64,000 bases of DNA, from NCBI GenBank assembly GCA_951406725.2, contig OX597828.1:10788001-10852000 (forward strand), given 5' to 3'. This document shows positions 13,185 to 27,688 of the stretch, one piece after another. Below the pieces are notes generated by a model. The model did no database searches. It had not been told where the DNA came from and worked only from the letters and a program-made list of their open reading frames with translations. The stretch comes from Octopus vulgaris (taxonomy: Eukaryota). The translations under genes and the position numbers were made by a program. Every line of letters begins with the position of its first letter. The stretch's first letter is position 1.

Positions 13185-14908
13185 ACTTAGAATACTAAAG
13201 AATACTTTAGAGATATTAGTAACGACACGAAACACTATGCCACACCGTCTTTTCTTGTTCTTCTTTTTCCCGTTCATTACGGTTACCTTTATCCCAGACT
13301 TCATTTAGAGAATTTATCCTTTTATTATTTTACATAGGTTAAGATTACATTGCGATTTTGGAATTAGAAATATTTTTATCGTCCATCGCTTGTGTTTTTA
13401 ATGTGCTATGTGTATGAGGTACATTGGTATTTTCTTCAATAATAATATTATGCAAATTTATCTATAAGTCTATATTCGGGTATTTTCCTGTACTAAACAG
13501 CGGAGTTTAATCCATTTGCTATATTTAGCACTCAGTTGTGCTTGTGTTCGATTACTGAGAGGTTTTATATGGTTACACATCAATTGTTCATCTTTGTCTG
13601 ATCTCCAGTTTACTTTATCTGTTGACATTCGGATCTCCTGAGGTTCGATGTTTATTACAAGGCATATTGGTGATTGTTATGTATATTTATTGGAAGTTGA
13701 ATAAAAGGTTAATAAAGTGTCATATATCAATTTATAAATCCTTCCTTCTAATATGGTTTGCATTTACCATATGATACAAAGGATAATGTACACCTCTAAG
13801 ATAATTCAATACAGCTGTTTGCATCTCCACAGTGGTAGATATGATCAATATGCTTTCAGTGAAATGATTTTATACCTAAAAGTTACACGCCTCTGATGAT
13901 TTGACAATACGACTTGCTGCAGTTTACATAATAACCTTGTGTTCCAGAACCACACGTAAATGGTGTAACTAAGAAACATATAAACAATCTCCCGTATTTT
14001 GTTTTATTTTCTACGTGTGTTATTTCTAAATAGCCAAACACTCGTTTTGTAAGGGACGTTGAACAGGAATACATATAGCGTGCTCAATACTTGTTACATC
14101 TGGCTTAATAAAAAATTAAGATTTCCCTGGAAGAATATATATACATATATAAATATGATCCGCCTGCACAGCTCTAGTGCATCAGGCTATTTATGTATTG
14201 CGTGTATGTGAGTGTGTGCGTGTATGTATACAAACACATAGATGTATACACTGCACCATTTATCGAGTACAAAGCATATTTGAACGCATATGTGTGTGTG
14301 CAGCTATAGTGTGTGAGTGTGCAGATGCAATATATGTGAATGCAGAGGGTCGAAACGTCTGAGATATGGCTAAAATATTGATATTACACTAAAATCTTCA
14401 TATGTTATGTACTTATAATTCCTGTTCGACTTCAACTTTGATTCCTTTTTGTAACGTTATACAGAAACCTTTATCTTAGCAGTTAACATTTTTCATTTAA
14501 CTTGGCATATGTCACTTGTCTTGTCAGACATATTTCTCTTGATCGTAACATTTGCTTCAGCTGTTTTCTTTCTCTTTTCTTTCATTTTTTTTATTGTTTT
14601 CTTATTACTCTTCTTTAGAATATTCCCACCCGGGTTTGGCATTCAATAAAAGGTTTCTAATAGATTTCACACCTAATCTTGGCAGTTTGCCTGCATATTC
14701 TTCGACGTTAAAGACCCATTTTGCTTCATTGTTGTAATTCAACAAAATAAACCATTAGAAAACAGACCAAAAAAAATATGAGCGTAGAAAATACACAATA
14801 TTCGATACTCAATTGCTTTTTTCCTAAATAGTTTTGACGTTATCTCCATTTACTTAACTCATTACATCCATTTGTATTTCCCATCCAAACTGCATACACA
14901 CACACACG

Positions 14909-14954
<46 letters not shown>

Positions 14955-15071
14955 GAGGAAGAGAGAGAGAGACAAAGAGAGTGAAAGAGATACATATATA
15001 ATACATATAAAATTATACATAAATATATATGCACGCGCATACACTCGCGCACACACATATATATGTGTATG

Positions 15072-15135
<64 letters not shown>

Positions 15136-15621
15136 TTCAGCAAAATTTAGATTCAAATGAATATGGTACTTAAGTCAGATGCACCAGAATTTAGTACGGT
15201 GCTATCCACATAAATCCATGGGTTAATTATAATCAAAATAAGTAACAAGAATATCTTCGGTAATTTGGTAAGATCGAACCAAATGGATATATATATATAT
15301 AATTGTAAGGAAGAGAGATTGAGGATTTGATGCACTTCGAAGAATACATCCTCGGACGAGTTGTGAATGAAGATTCAATATTTAACAAAAAGAGAAAAAT
15401 CAAATTATGTATTGCTGCCTTACGTTGTTGTTAATACATTCGGACATCACACCCGACTGGTTTGGAGCTCGACCCTACTACGTGACGTGGTATGTACATT
15501 CTCGAACAATCTGCCGCTGACCAAATGTTTTATTGTTTTATTGTAATATTTTTTAGTGACTATGACTTGCTGGAGGTACTATTGCAAGATATATTTTTAT
15601 ATACTCCTAAGTACATGTAGT

Positions 15622-15702
15622 GGAGGCACATGGCTTAGTGGTTAGATCAACGGACTCGGGGTCGAGGGATCGCGGGTTCGAATTTCAGATCGGGCGAAGT
15701 GT
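15622..15702 (+). mobile_element. tRNA-derived SINE head, family C (diverged)
   Basis: ggaggcacatggcttagtggttag (A box) ... ggttcgaattt (B box); matches 44828-45000. Confidence 0.7.
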
Positions 15703-15736
15703 AGTACAACACGGTAGGTGGTGGGTTCAAATATTA

Positions 15737-15912
15737 AGGCGGCGAGCTGGAAGAAACGTTAGCACGCCGGGCGAAATGCTTAGAGATATTTCGTCTGTTT
15801 ACATGTTCTCAGTTCAAATTCTGTCGAGGTCGACTTTGCCTTTCATCCTTTCAGGGGCGATAAATTAAGTACCGGTTGTGTACTGGTGTCAAACTAATTG
15901 ACTGGTCCCCTC
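15737..15912 (+). mobile_element. SINE family B
   Basis: ggcggcgagctgg.agaaacgttagcacgccgggcg head; central gtcgactttgcctttcatcctttc..gg.cgataaattaagtacc block. Confidence 0.85.
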
Positions 15913-16931
15913 TAGTGTAGAAAAGAATAAGTAGGATTAGCTGTTCATGTCATATGTCAGAGAATGGCATCAAATACACTAGATACTTCAAAGTACTTCA
16001 AAGGAATATAATCGAATATGATGCCTGCCAAGAATGTGTGACCGTTTGTCAAAATTGGATATCATTGTTTTCATTACAACTATTAGCTGCTTTCATTTAG
16101 CACCAGAAACTTAGCAAACTATGGCACAAGGCCAGGTAAGTCGATTATATTGTCTCCGGTACTCAACTGGTATAAATTTTATTAGCTCCGAAAGAATGAA
16201 AGGCAAAGTTGCAATTTGAATTCAGAGCGTAAAAACGGCTGTGCCAGCTCACCACTGCCTTACCAGAACTTTAGTTTTGGCATACAGTTGTGAAACATTC
16301 GGGACAAAAACCAAGATTTGTTATATACTGTTAAAATATACTAGAAAGATTTCAAAAAGCTCGTTAAAGCAACAATAACTAGAAACACTTTATTACACAA
16401 GCCTCCAGGTAATCCTGTACACAGTCGCTCAGCTTGGCAGAAATAGCAGCCATATCTACTTCCCATTACAGACAGCTGTTTCTGAAAATGGACTTGCAAT
16501 CTCGAAACAAAAATAAAAATAGGGAAGATCTATAGAATCTTCGACCGGGGTCATTGCTCTTTTCGATCAAGGCCACCATACATAAGATTCAACAATACCA
16601 GCAAGAATAACTACTTCAATATGTATAGATAAATACAGATAAAATCTGGCTGGTTGACTTTATCGAAACAGCAGCATATTTTTTGATATGTAGACTTACA
16701 CGCACTTGGAATCAATTGGAATTGTGAAATTCCTTATTGCGCAAAAATAAAATAGGGATGGTCACACTTAGAACGACTATAAACAAAGAACAAAGATGTG
16801 CTCGACCAGAGTTAACATGGGAATAAACAAGAACAGCTGCAAAAATAGATGTGTGTGTGTATGTGTATGTATGTATGTATGAATATATGTTATATATATA
16901 TATATATATATGTATGTACATATATGTATGT

Positions 16932-16985
<54 letters not shown>

Positions 16986-17281
16986 GCAAAAGTTATACAA
17001 AGAGAAAAAAATATATTGAGTGTGAGAGGGAAGTGTAAAGTAAGGAAAGGCTAGTGGGAGAAATGGTTTATGTGTGAACCTGTCAAAGTGAAAAACCTGT
17101 CAATGTAAGGAATAATAAATGATAGTTAAAGAAACGGGGGCAGGCAGGCTATATTTTAGTTTAAAAAGAGAAAAATTCGATATTAATGGCTAAGGTTATT
17201 TTTAGGAAAATATATTATATATAAGGGTGTATATATATATGTATATATATATATACATATATATACATGTATATATGTATG

Positions 17282-17316
<35 letters not shown>

Positions 17317-17698
17317 ATGTATGTATATATACATATTACGTATGCATATGTATGTAGGTTTGAGTTGCATGCAGGACTGAATGTAAATGCCCAAGTTCTT
17401 GTGTAGGGCTTTTACGTGTGGGTTTTTGTCAGTGCATGTGCATGCACGCACGCGCGTGTGTGTGTGTGTGTGCTTGATAGAGAGCGTGTCTAAACGCACA
17501 TTTGTGCTTACGCGCCTGTGCAACTGTATGTCTCCTCGCAGGTAGTGAGAGAATGAAACTATATCATTATACGCTGAAGAACATTTTAAACTATGCTTAT
17601 GTATATATATATATATAGAGAGAGAGAGAGACACGTATACTCATATACTTATATATGTACGTGTATGTTTATATACATACATATATACATTATATTAG

Positions 17699-17760
<62 letters not shown>

Positions 17761-18689
17761 TATATATAAATGTACATGTATGTATACCTACATATATAGA
17801 TATACTTTATTAATACATCAAGTTTCAGTTGAGCAGGATCAATCATACAGCACACTGTATTATAAAGCAATGAAATTTACTTTCCGAAGATGGCGTCGGA
17901 ACGTGCACTATATCGCGTGAGACGCTTATGTTGATGTTTCGACCAAGTTGCAAACTGATTAGAAATAGCAGTGAAATTTTCCTGAAATTCCACTTCTAAT
18001 AATTTAAGTTTTAAAAGGAGAGTAACGCTTTGAAATATGCAGTTCTTCCTTGGTCATATTTTTAATAAATGAAAAAATAAACATGCGAATGAGGACGCCT
18101 GGAACATGCTCCATGGCTGCTGGGTTGTGGAGAATCATGAGATATAGCTCAGTCAATCACTGCACGTGCTTAATGAATGTTTACATGAATGTATATTCGT
18201 ATGAATACATACATGTACATATATCTATACATACATACATACATACATACATACATACATACATACATACATACATACATGTATACATATATACATATAT
18301 ACATTATACATACATGCACAGGCAAAGAAAAACAGGTCAAAAGCATATGAAGATATCATCACTGGTTCTTGCTAAGGTGACAGCAGGCCTATGGTGCTTA
18401 TTGTGCTTCATTAAAGCAAGGGTGTAACTTATGTTATCTCAGAAGAAAGAAAGAAATTTCAATTCACTCAATGCACCTTTGAATTGCATAGTCTCGGCGA
18501 TATTTTCGATTGCTCACTCGTATCTTCATCAATCTTTTCTTTGTTACATTAGGATTATACTGACACCCTTTTTGTCCTTTATGTGGCTAACGTAATATCA
18601 CTATTTAATAGTGATTCATACAATAATATTTAAATATACTTTAATATATATATGCATATACATAGACACACGCATATATATATATATAT

Positions 18690-18904
18690 TAAGTTAATCC
18701 AAACATGAAAATACCGAGAGAAAACACAACAACGCGAGGCCGTGGAACAAGTATAGTATTGTTGGACGCTCAGGAAGGAAGGGAAGAAGGAGGGTTTTAG
18801 GTTTCGAGCGGAGCTATTCGTCAGAAACATAGGAAAAGGAAAGATCCCAGAGAAGGGAAAACGGAGGAAAAAAAAATCGCCAACGTTACACACGCGATCA
18901 CATT

Positions 18905-18908
<4 letters not shown>
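18690..18908 (-). mobile_element. Short Penelope-like terminal-repeat element in (TA)n with hammerhead motif
   Basis: Minus strand 18828-18794: gttt-CTGACGA-a-tagc(tcc)gctc-GAAA-ccta-aaac; flanked both sides by (TA)n. Confidence 0.65.
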
Positions 18909-18957
<49 letters not shown>

Positions 18958-20271
18958 CACACACATACACACTTGTCCGAGTGTGTGTGTTTGAAAAGTC
19001 TCATAAAAAAAAACAGCCTCCAATTCCGTTAGAATTGTATTTCACTAGCATTTTGATAATATTATCCATGTAGTAATGTGTGCTTGCACATACTTTTTTT
19101 ATATATGTATGCATGCGTGTATTCGTGTACCTATGCATGCATGTACGTATGTATGTAGTGATGTACATATAATAATCTACTTTATATTACTTACATGAAT
19201 GTGTGAGAAGCCACTGATCTAGTGTATACGTGGGTGTATGAATAATATCTGATTCTTACTGGGTCATTGGATAAATATCGCACAGTGTTATCTCATGTGC
19301 TACATCTCTCTATATTTCCATCGACTGTTATGCATGATGCAATGATCTGCTAAAGTGCAATCAAGTGCACCTTGCGTTTACGTATTTGTTTAGCATAGCG
19401 TTGGATGCTGGAAAGCATGTCTAATGTAATGGTATTACAGTTGTGTAGTGCGCAGCTATGCACGTCGGTAACAACGGTCATTTGAACACAGATATAATTA
19501 TTATTGTCATATTCAGTCAAACAAATAGAAATAATATTCTTCTTTGTCCAGTGATAGGCTGTATATAATATTGTTGCTGTAGCCTAGCATCTGGTATTTT
19601 GTTTGAGCACAGATGTGTTACACTTTGCAACAGAAACAAAAGTAACAACGCCGGCAACACAGATGACAAAGGTTATAAGACGTAAAATTAGATCTCGCTC
19701 TCTTCTTAAGAGTCGACGGTGAGGGGTAAGCGATGAAGGAAAAAAATGTAAATGTAATGGGCGGTAGAGGTAAGAAATGTCGTAATAGTCAGTATGAAAG
19801 ATGAAACTAGATATGGGTGTAATGAAAGAGAGCATGAAGAGGGAAAATACGTTAATTATTGATTCAGTGAATATGTTTATAAAGGGGAGAAGTGGAGAAG
19901 AGTAATTCGTTGAGGTAGGATAGAATGGGTGGTCGGGGAGAGAAATTGGAAGATTCTAGAAACCATGAGAGCACGAAGATTAATCGATTGGCCGATAGAG
20001 TGATAGAGCGAATAGCTGATGGTTGATAAGTAAATGAAAATTAAAAAAAATGCGTTGAATACATACGACAGAAAGAAAAGAAGTGAGAAAGATACGATGA
20101 GGAACAAAAGAATGTCCTTAGACACGTTGAAATTGATTGAGAAAACCGAATAATGTCATATGCAAGAAAATATAAATACATCTATAATACATACATATAC
20201 ACACATACATTCACGTACACACACACACACCTATATATATATATATATGTATATACATATAGATATATATA

Positions 20272-20310
<39 letters not shown>

Positions 20311-20383
20311 TTATGCATATGTGCGTGATTGTGTGTGTGTAGATATAAGCTGTGTGTGTGTGTGTAAGTAGGTAGGTAGGTAC

Positions 20384-20477
<94 letters not shown>

Positions 20478-20499
20478 GTACATGTATGTGTATACATTT

Positions 20500-20531
<32 letters not shown>

Positions 20532-21143
20532 ATGTATACTTTTCTATGAAATCATAAGATTATTAAATCATTCCCGCTTCCAGAGAGAGAGAGAGAGAGC
20601 AGTCCACTCGCTTAATGTCAAGTGTAACAAAGTTCACATGCGAAAGGGAGATAATCACAATTATTCGCGAAAAGTGCCGTTACAGAAAATAAAATTGTCT
20701 AAATCCAAGTGTATAGCAGTCGCCATTTGGTACTTGTTCAATACACCTCATTTTCGAAAACTATTTTCCTGCCTTATCTTCAGCAAATCAGACACATTTC
20801 CATGTACAAAAAATGTGTAAAACATTTTTATGAACTTAATCATTTGAATAAATATAACGCAAATGTCAAAGAAATAACTGGGCTCTGAGAGTTAATTGAG
20901 ATCCAGTGAAATGTATATAGATAGAACAGTAACCCTCTAAGTTTATATTTGTATAAGAAATTTAAAATCATGTCTCTTTCGTTTCCTTTATGAATCTGCT
21001 ATGAGGCATGGAATGAATATACAATGAGGCGAGTGTGGATAACAATATAGTTATAGAATGTGGTGTATTGATGGGAATATTTGGACACTGTGCAAAACTG
21101 CTTTGCGGTATTCATTCCAGTTCTTTGTGTTATGAGTGCAACA

Positions 21144-21375
21144 AGGCGGCGAGCTGACAGAAACGTTAGCAGGCTGGGCGAAATGCGTAGCCCTATTTCG
21201 TCTGCCGTTACGTTCTGAGTTCAAATTCCGCCGAGGTCGCCTCTGCCTTTCATCCTTTCGGGGTCGATAAATTAAGTACCAGTTACGCACTTGGGTCGAT
21301 ATAATCGACTTAATCCGTTTGTCTGTCCTTGTTTGTCTCCTCTATATTTAGCCTCTTGTGGGAAATAAAGAAATA
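21144..21375 (+). mobile_element. SINE family B, young full-length copy (tail type B1)
   Basis: Closely matches 29712-29940 and 35028-35254; ends tagcctcttgtgggaaataaagaaata. Confidence 0.92.
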
Positions 21376-22350
21376 AGAATGCAACATCTCCGATGACATT
21401 GATGCCGAGCTCTATCGGTTCTAAGTCAGTGGTCAGTGGCCTTTCGTTTGGATAAAATTGGTGGTGTAGAGAAAGGGAAGCTTGCCTGTATGTGAAAATG
21501 GACAGTATCAAAGAATTATCGTAAATAATTATCCTTGGGATATAAGGAAAGACTGGTGTGACAAACGGTTTGGCTTGAACTTGAAACATTATGAATCCCA
21601 TTGTTATTGTTCTGATTAAGATCCAGATTTGGAGTTGTCAGGATTATAGCATCAAACGATCCCTTTTCTTTTAAGTCTTCTAAGACGCTAAGAAGATTTA
21701 GTGGTTAATGTAGTCCGTCATATAGAGACTTACTTTTTACCCCCATTATTATGGAAAGAGAATCGGCATTACGACATAAATTAATCAAAAATACTGAAGT
21801 GCCGTGGTTCTGTTAAACAATCAGCTGAAATGAAGAATTTGATTTCGAATCCTAGCTGTTTTTGTGGAGATTAATTCGTCGATATTCTCAGTGACGGCTA
21901 TAAATGCTAAGCAAAGCCATTGTAGTGGGATTCCAAGAGCGATTGAAGTGAAATCTGATTTAGTCGAGGATTCTGAACGGATTTGCTATAGTGTCCAGAG
22001 GTTACACTAAATTGCACTCCGTCGATCATCACTCGAGAATCATAATCGATATCAAACAATGATGAAATAATAAGCAAGTCCTTTATTCCCTAAAGCATTG
22101 TTTCTTTTGACTTTCACATTATCAAATATTCAACTTCAAAGTTAGCAATTCACGCCTCGGAGGGACGAATTCTCATGAAATTGTGATAAAGTCTAAAAGT
22201 GACTCTATCGTTCAAATTGACCATTGTAAGTTCGTCTCAAGGCAAAACATAAATCGAGTCATCTCGCCACTGATTGTTTCCAAAGTGTTCCTCAGGGAAA
22301 CGCCGCGTCATGTGAAGTCTTTAATTGTGTCCAGCAGTTTCTATGTGATT
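21376..22350 (-). pseudogene. Heavily decayed Penelope-like reverse transcriptase
   Basis: Minus-strand fragments in the expected order: NKGLA (DKG motif), ANPFRIL (GLPKIH region), SHYNGFA*HL, KSLYDG (SLYT), ITMGFIMFQVQAKPF (AMGSP..P.LAN.F), PRIIIYDNSLILSIF (RYVDD region). Many stops and frameshifts. Confidence 0.55.
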
Positions 22351-22647
22351 AACAGTAATTACATACGAAGAAGGAATGAGATGTATTGGAGAAGTGAAAC
22401 TAGGATTGAGTGAGTTTTATGTTTATCTTCAGAAGTATTAATATAGAATGTGAATTTACATGGAGGCAGACTAGAAAGAAATTATTGCCGGAATTCGGTT
22501 TTTGTATATGGTTTAACACTAATGTAACACTAATGCCAGCAAAAATAAAGAAATGGAATAATATGTTTAAACTTTTCTTGATTATCACATTTATTGATTA
22601 CCTCTCTCAATTGAACTAAATATTAGGACCTATAATTCACGAATATA

Positions 22648-22809
22648 GGCGTGGCTGTGCAATAAGAAGATTGTTTTTCAACCGTGTGGTTTCAGGTTCA
22701 TTCCAACTGCATCTAAGCTTGGGCAAGTCTTTTAACAAAAGTCTCAGCCTTGTGAATGGATTTCGTAGGCGGAACTTGAAATAGTCCAGTCGTATACCTG
22801 TGCATGTGT

Positions 22810-22851
<42 letters not shown>

Positions 22852-22925
22852 CTTTGTGTAAAGGTTTATCCCCCATCACAATCGGAGCTGTGGTGTTTTC
22901 GTCACTATAACTTCGGTTCAGCATT
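22648..22925 (+). mobile_element. Diverged SINE family A (3' truncated)
   Basis: ggcgtggctgtgc...ggttca...cttgggcaagt...ccttgtgaatggattt...internal (TG)n. Confidence 0.75.
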
Positions 22926-22979
22926 AGTGACCTATAGAATACGTACCAGCCTTTACAAAAAATACATTGATGCAGGGGT

Positions 22980-23381
<402 letters not shown>

Positions 23382-23738
23382 GACTCTGGTCCGAATATCA
23401 AAAGATTTAATAAGCGCACAGCCTAGATTAGCGTTCAAAACGTTAGGCTACCGTTCTAATCGTAGAAAGTAAATGCAGCCATAAACACAAATTTATTCCA
23501 TATTTTTAAGTACATTCATGCAATGAGTGCTAATTATCACCTATACTGCAACAATTCAAAATGGAATGTAGCTGCCTGTATATTTATGTCACTCTCCTCA
23601 AAGTATCCGGTGTGAAAAGGAAGTCGGTTTCTTAAACTAATTCGTATAGTCGAACACTCAACACACAACACATAAACACGCACGCACACACATATATAAA
23701 TACACAGATACACGCTCACACACCCATGAACCATCGCG

Positions 23739-23807
<69 letters not shown>

Positions 23808-23862
23808 TTATATATATACATATATAGATACATATATATATATATATATACACACACACACG

Positions 23863-23912
<50 letters not shown>

Positions 23913-23923
23913 TAGAGATATAT

Positions 23924-24040
<117 letters not shown>

Positions 24041-24458
24041 TCGGTGTACTTTTCTATGACAAGCATTAAAAAAAGAAAAGGTGACGTGCCAGGAATAAAA
24101 AGGAAATAAAGACTGTGTATGAATAGACTTCTGAACGTTGATGACGTTGTAATGTGATGGGTATCTGAGTACGTGTGAATGAGCGAGGGATTAAATGTAT
24201 TCATCTGCGTATGTAACAGGAAAGAAAGTGTGAATATAAGTACGTGAGATTACGAATAATAGTTTGCCTTACAATCTATGTAATGCATGCGGACATATCC
24301 CTATATGTCTAGGAGATATTCGGTTGGCGTGAGAGAAAGAAAATGGAGATTAGGCTTTGTGTTTGAAAAGTAGTAATTTTGTGATGCTCTAAACATACAC
24401 CCATACTCAGGCACACATCATATGTATGCGTATGTATATATTGTAAATATGTATATAC

Positions 24459-24523
<65 letters not shown>

Positions 24524-24787
24524 GACGTGTGTGAGTGAGCGTGTACCCATGTATGTATTTAAATATATATGTGTGCTTGTATGTATGTTTTATTTTGTGT
24601 ATGAGTTGGATGGTTGGTGCGTGATTGTACGTACGGCTTAAGGTACGCGTGTGTATTGATAGTGAAATAATATAAATATATTTAATTGTAATAAGTTCAG
24701 TTTAGTGTGTGTTGTGTATGTATTATGTATAGATAAATAGTTAAATAGCTAAATACATTGAAGAATACGTATATATATATATATATA

Positions 24788-25308
24788 CAGTGTACATTTA
24801 AACACATAAGAGATGGCCATAACAGGACATCTGACTCGCTAGAAAGAGTAGCTAAACTGTAAACCACTATTAAGGGTAATTTCGAAAGGAAATGAAAAAA
24901 ACTTCAAAATTTTTTGCTACCCTGAAATTTATTAATTAATGATAAAATGTTGTTGGGCTAATTTTGAAAGAAAATCGGCATTCTCTGCACTTGCCACCGA
25001 TAAAAAACCGCGCGCGCGCGGTGGATTTTGAAATGTTATAACATGTATACGCGAGGCATGTTGTTTATCGCCTCGTTTTTATATGTTCATCTTGGCTTTC
25101 TTGCTGATGATAACTTTGCCAATGTAAATTATTTTATTTACTACAGATTGCTTGAAACCGTGCATGGTACAGGAAATAGAGGGTAAATGTTTTTATTTTT
25201 CATTCATTTTCGAAATTACACCTCACAGTGGTTTTTGAGTTTAACTACGCTTTCTAGCGAGTCAGATGTCCTGTTATGGCCATCTCTTATGTGTTTAAAT
25301 GCACACTG
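24788..25308. mobile_element. Tc1/mariner-type MITE with long TIRs (521 bp)
   Basis: ta|cagtgtacatttaaacacataagagatggccataacaggacatctgactcgctagaaag... mirrored at the right end (...gcacactg|ta); TA TSD, CAGTG termini; ~70 bp near-perfect, extending imperfectly to ~115 bp. Confidence 0.85.
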
Positions 25309-26200
25309 TATTTTTATATGAATAATATATAGTCTTTTGACTAGTTTTTTTCTTCTCGCTAGACCACTGATGGCAAAGAACTTTTCTAAATTGTTTTGCT
25401 AATTAATTAATTATTTTGCTAATTAATTAATTAATATATATATATATATATAATACATACTAGCGAACACTATCAAATAACATTTGCCCTATGTGAAAGA
25501 ATGTCCTTCAAAATATACTAAAGAACTCTTTATATTACTCGCTGTATGTGTATGCATTCCCATACACACACATACAGTGTACATATGTGTACAATGTATG
25601 CATATATGTGTGTGTGCGTGTGTATATATCAGCAAAGATAACAAATGCAAAATATGACATGCACAAAAGATATTCAAATAAATATGGAGGTAATGAAATA
25701 TATGACGAGATTGATACGAGCTTAGAATATATCTGCATCTTTACGTATATGGACTTGTGGGTATTAAAATTGCTGTATTTTTCCACAAGAGAAATTAAAA
25801 ACAATATTGTCAGGTGTATAAATGCCTGTGCGTGAATGCGCGTGTGTATGTTGGTGGTAATGTGTGTATGTGTATGGGTGTGCGTGTGCATGTGTGTGTA
25901 AGTGTGTTTGCATGTGTGTGTATGTGTGTGCATGTGTGTATGTGTGCGTGTTTGTATGCAAATGTGTGCTTATGTCTGTGTCCATGTGTGTGCGTGCACG
26001 TATATGTGTGCATGCGTGTATGTGTATGTGTGCATGTGTGTCTTTGTAAGTGTGTGTGTGCGTGTGTATATTTTGAAATGTATGCTTCTACAGATAGATA
26101 GATTGATACAGATATAATCACACAGAAAAGTAGACCTACAGATGCAGATTTAATTACAGATATATAGATCGACAAATAAAACAGAAATATTTCGTGTCCA

Positions 26201-27300
26201 AGAGTCTCTGCTGAAAATTTCGGAGGATGAACAAGACACTCACAAGGTATGAGCCGAATGAGTTTTGTGTTTCAACGTAGTCTCCCTTGTGCTCCACACA
26301 CATCTTCCATCGATGTTGCAGTACTTGGATCCCATTGGTGAAAAGGCTTTCATCCTCTTGGACAGAAGCGTTATCAACAGCAGATATGAAGTCATCGTCA
26401 CTGCGATACTGGCTCTCACCTACATGTTTTTTTTTTCAGGATGGGGCCTAATCAGGAGAATAAAAACGGTGATCAACCGGTCATACCCAAAATATTAGAT
26501 CATCACATTCCATGCAGATGAAATAAACCTGGCTTGCTCTGAAGCAGGTAAAGATGAATGTTTCCACTTCATGGATTATCGCTTTGTCTGTATTACAAAA
26601 TGATGAACCCAACTCTCATTCTGGGTTTGGAAACGTCCGAGAAAACCAACTAGACATACCTGAAACAATATCAGATTTTCCTGTGATGTGACAAGCCAGG
26701 TGTGATTTTGATCAGGTATCAGAGAAAGTAGCACCCGACGACGAGCAACACAATTCAGTTTGCCAAGTTCGTGCCAAGTTCGGCGTCATGCCAAGTTCAG
26801 TATGCAGAATATTCTCCCACGGGATGAGGTTAGTAGCACTGGCGATTTGATTTATAGCCAATTGCCTGTTGTCCATTGCCATATGCTGAGCACGATCAAT
26901 GTTTTCCTCGGTGGTGGCCGTTGCAGAAAATCAGGACTCTGTGTCATATTTATGATTCTCCCTTCTCGTCTTAAATTTAGCTGCCACTTTTTCACTCTTG
27001 ATAAAGTTGGAATGTAATACCCTACAGTAACAACCATATGTGCAGGAATGCCGTTTGCGATTAAAATTGATTTTCTGCTGGTGCTTCATAGCACCACGAT
27101 GTAAAATTATGTTCATTCTTCAAGAGAATTCGATACTATTTTACATTCAAAGTCTTCTTTAAGCAGTCGGGCGTCAGTTTACCGGAAAAGAAATAATGCA
27201 CTTATTAATAAGTAGAGAAAATTATTTAATACGTGCAAGATTTCACAGGTCTAGTATTACTCCTTCCTAGTCGTCCTATGAACTTTTCAGCACATCCTCT
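26201..27300 (-). mobile_element. Decayed mariner transposon (1.1 kb, internally deleted transposase pseudogene)
   Basis: TIRs agagtctctgctgaaaatttc / gaacttttcagcacatcctct; minus-strand peptides MNIILHRGAMK, PTLSRVKKW, TQNESWVHHF..QTKR*SMKWKH, QYRSDDDFISAVD...FTNGIQVLQHRWK typical of mariner transposases. Confidence 0.85.
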
Positions 27301-27344
27301 TATGTGAATAAGTATACTCTCTCTCACATACATATGAATATATG

Positions 27345-27409
<65 letters not shown>

Positions 27410-27477
27410 AATAGATAGATAGATAGAAAGATAGATAGATAGATAGATAGGTGTATATATATATATATATGTATATG

Positions 27478-27576
<99 letters not shown>

Positions 27577-27688
27577 TATGTAAGTGGCTTGTCGCAATAT
27601 AATTCCACAAGGTACAAGTACATTCACCACTAAAGTGACCATGTGTGCAAGTCAGTACCAGAATTGCCAGAAATAACAATGAAGTCAA

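Noticed and set aside
17886-17921. AAGATGGCG (YY1-like) start with donor, MASERALYR|gtgaga
   Set aside because: Too short to distinguish from chance; no supporting promoter context.
19588-19718. Plus-strand exon candidate HLVFCLSTD...KSRR
   Set aside because: Weak acceptor and unrecognisable peptide.
21376-22350. Protocadherin exon
   Set aside because: No cadherin motifs or long ORF; RT-like motifs fit better.
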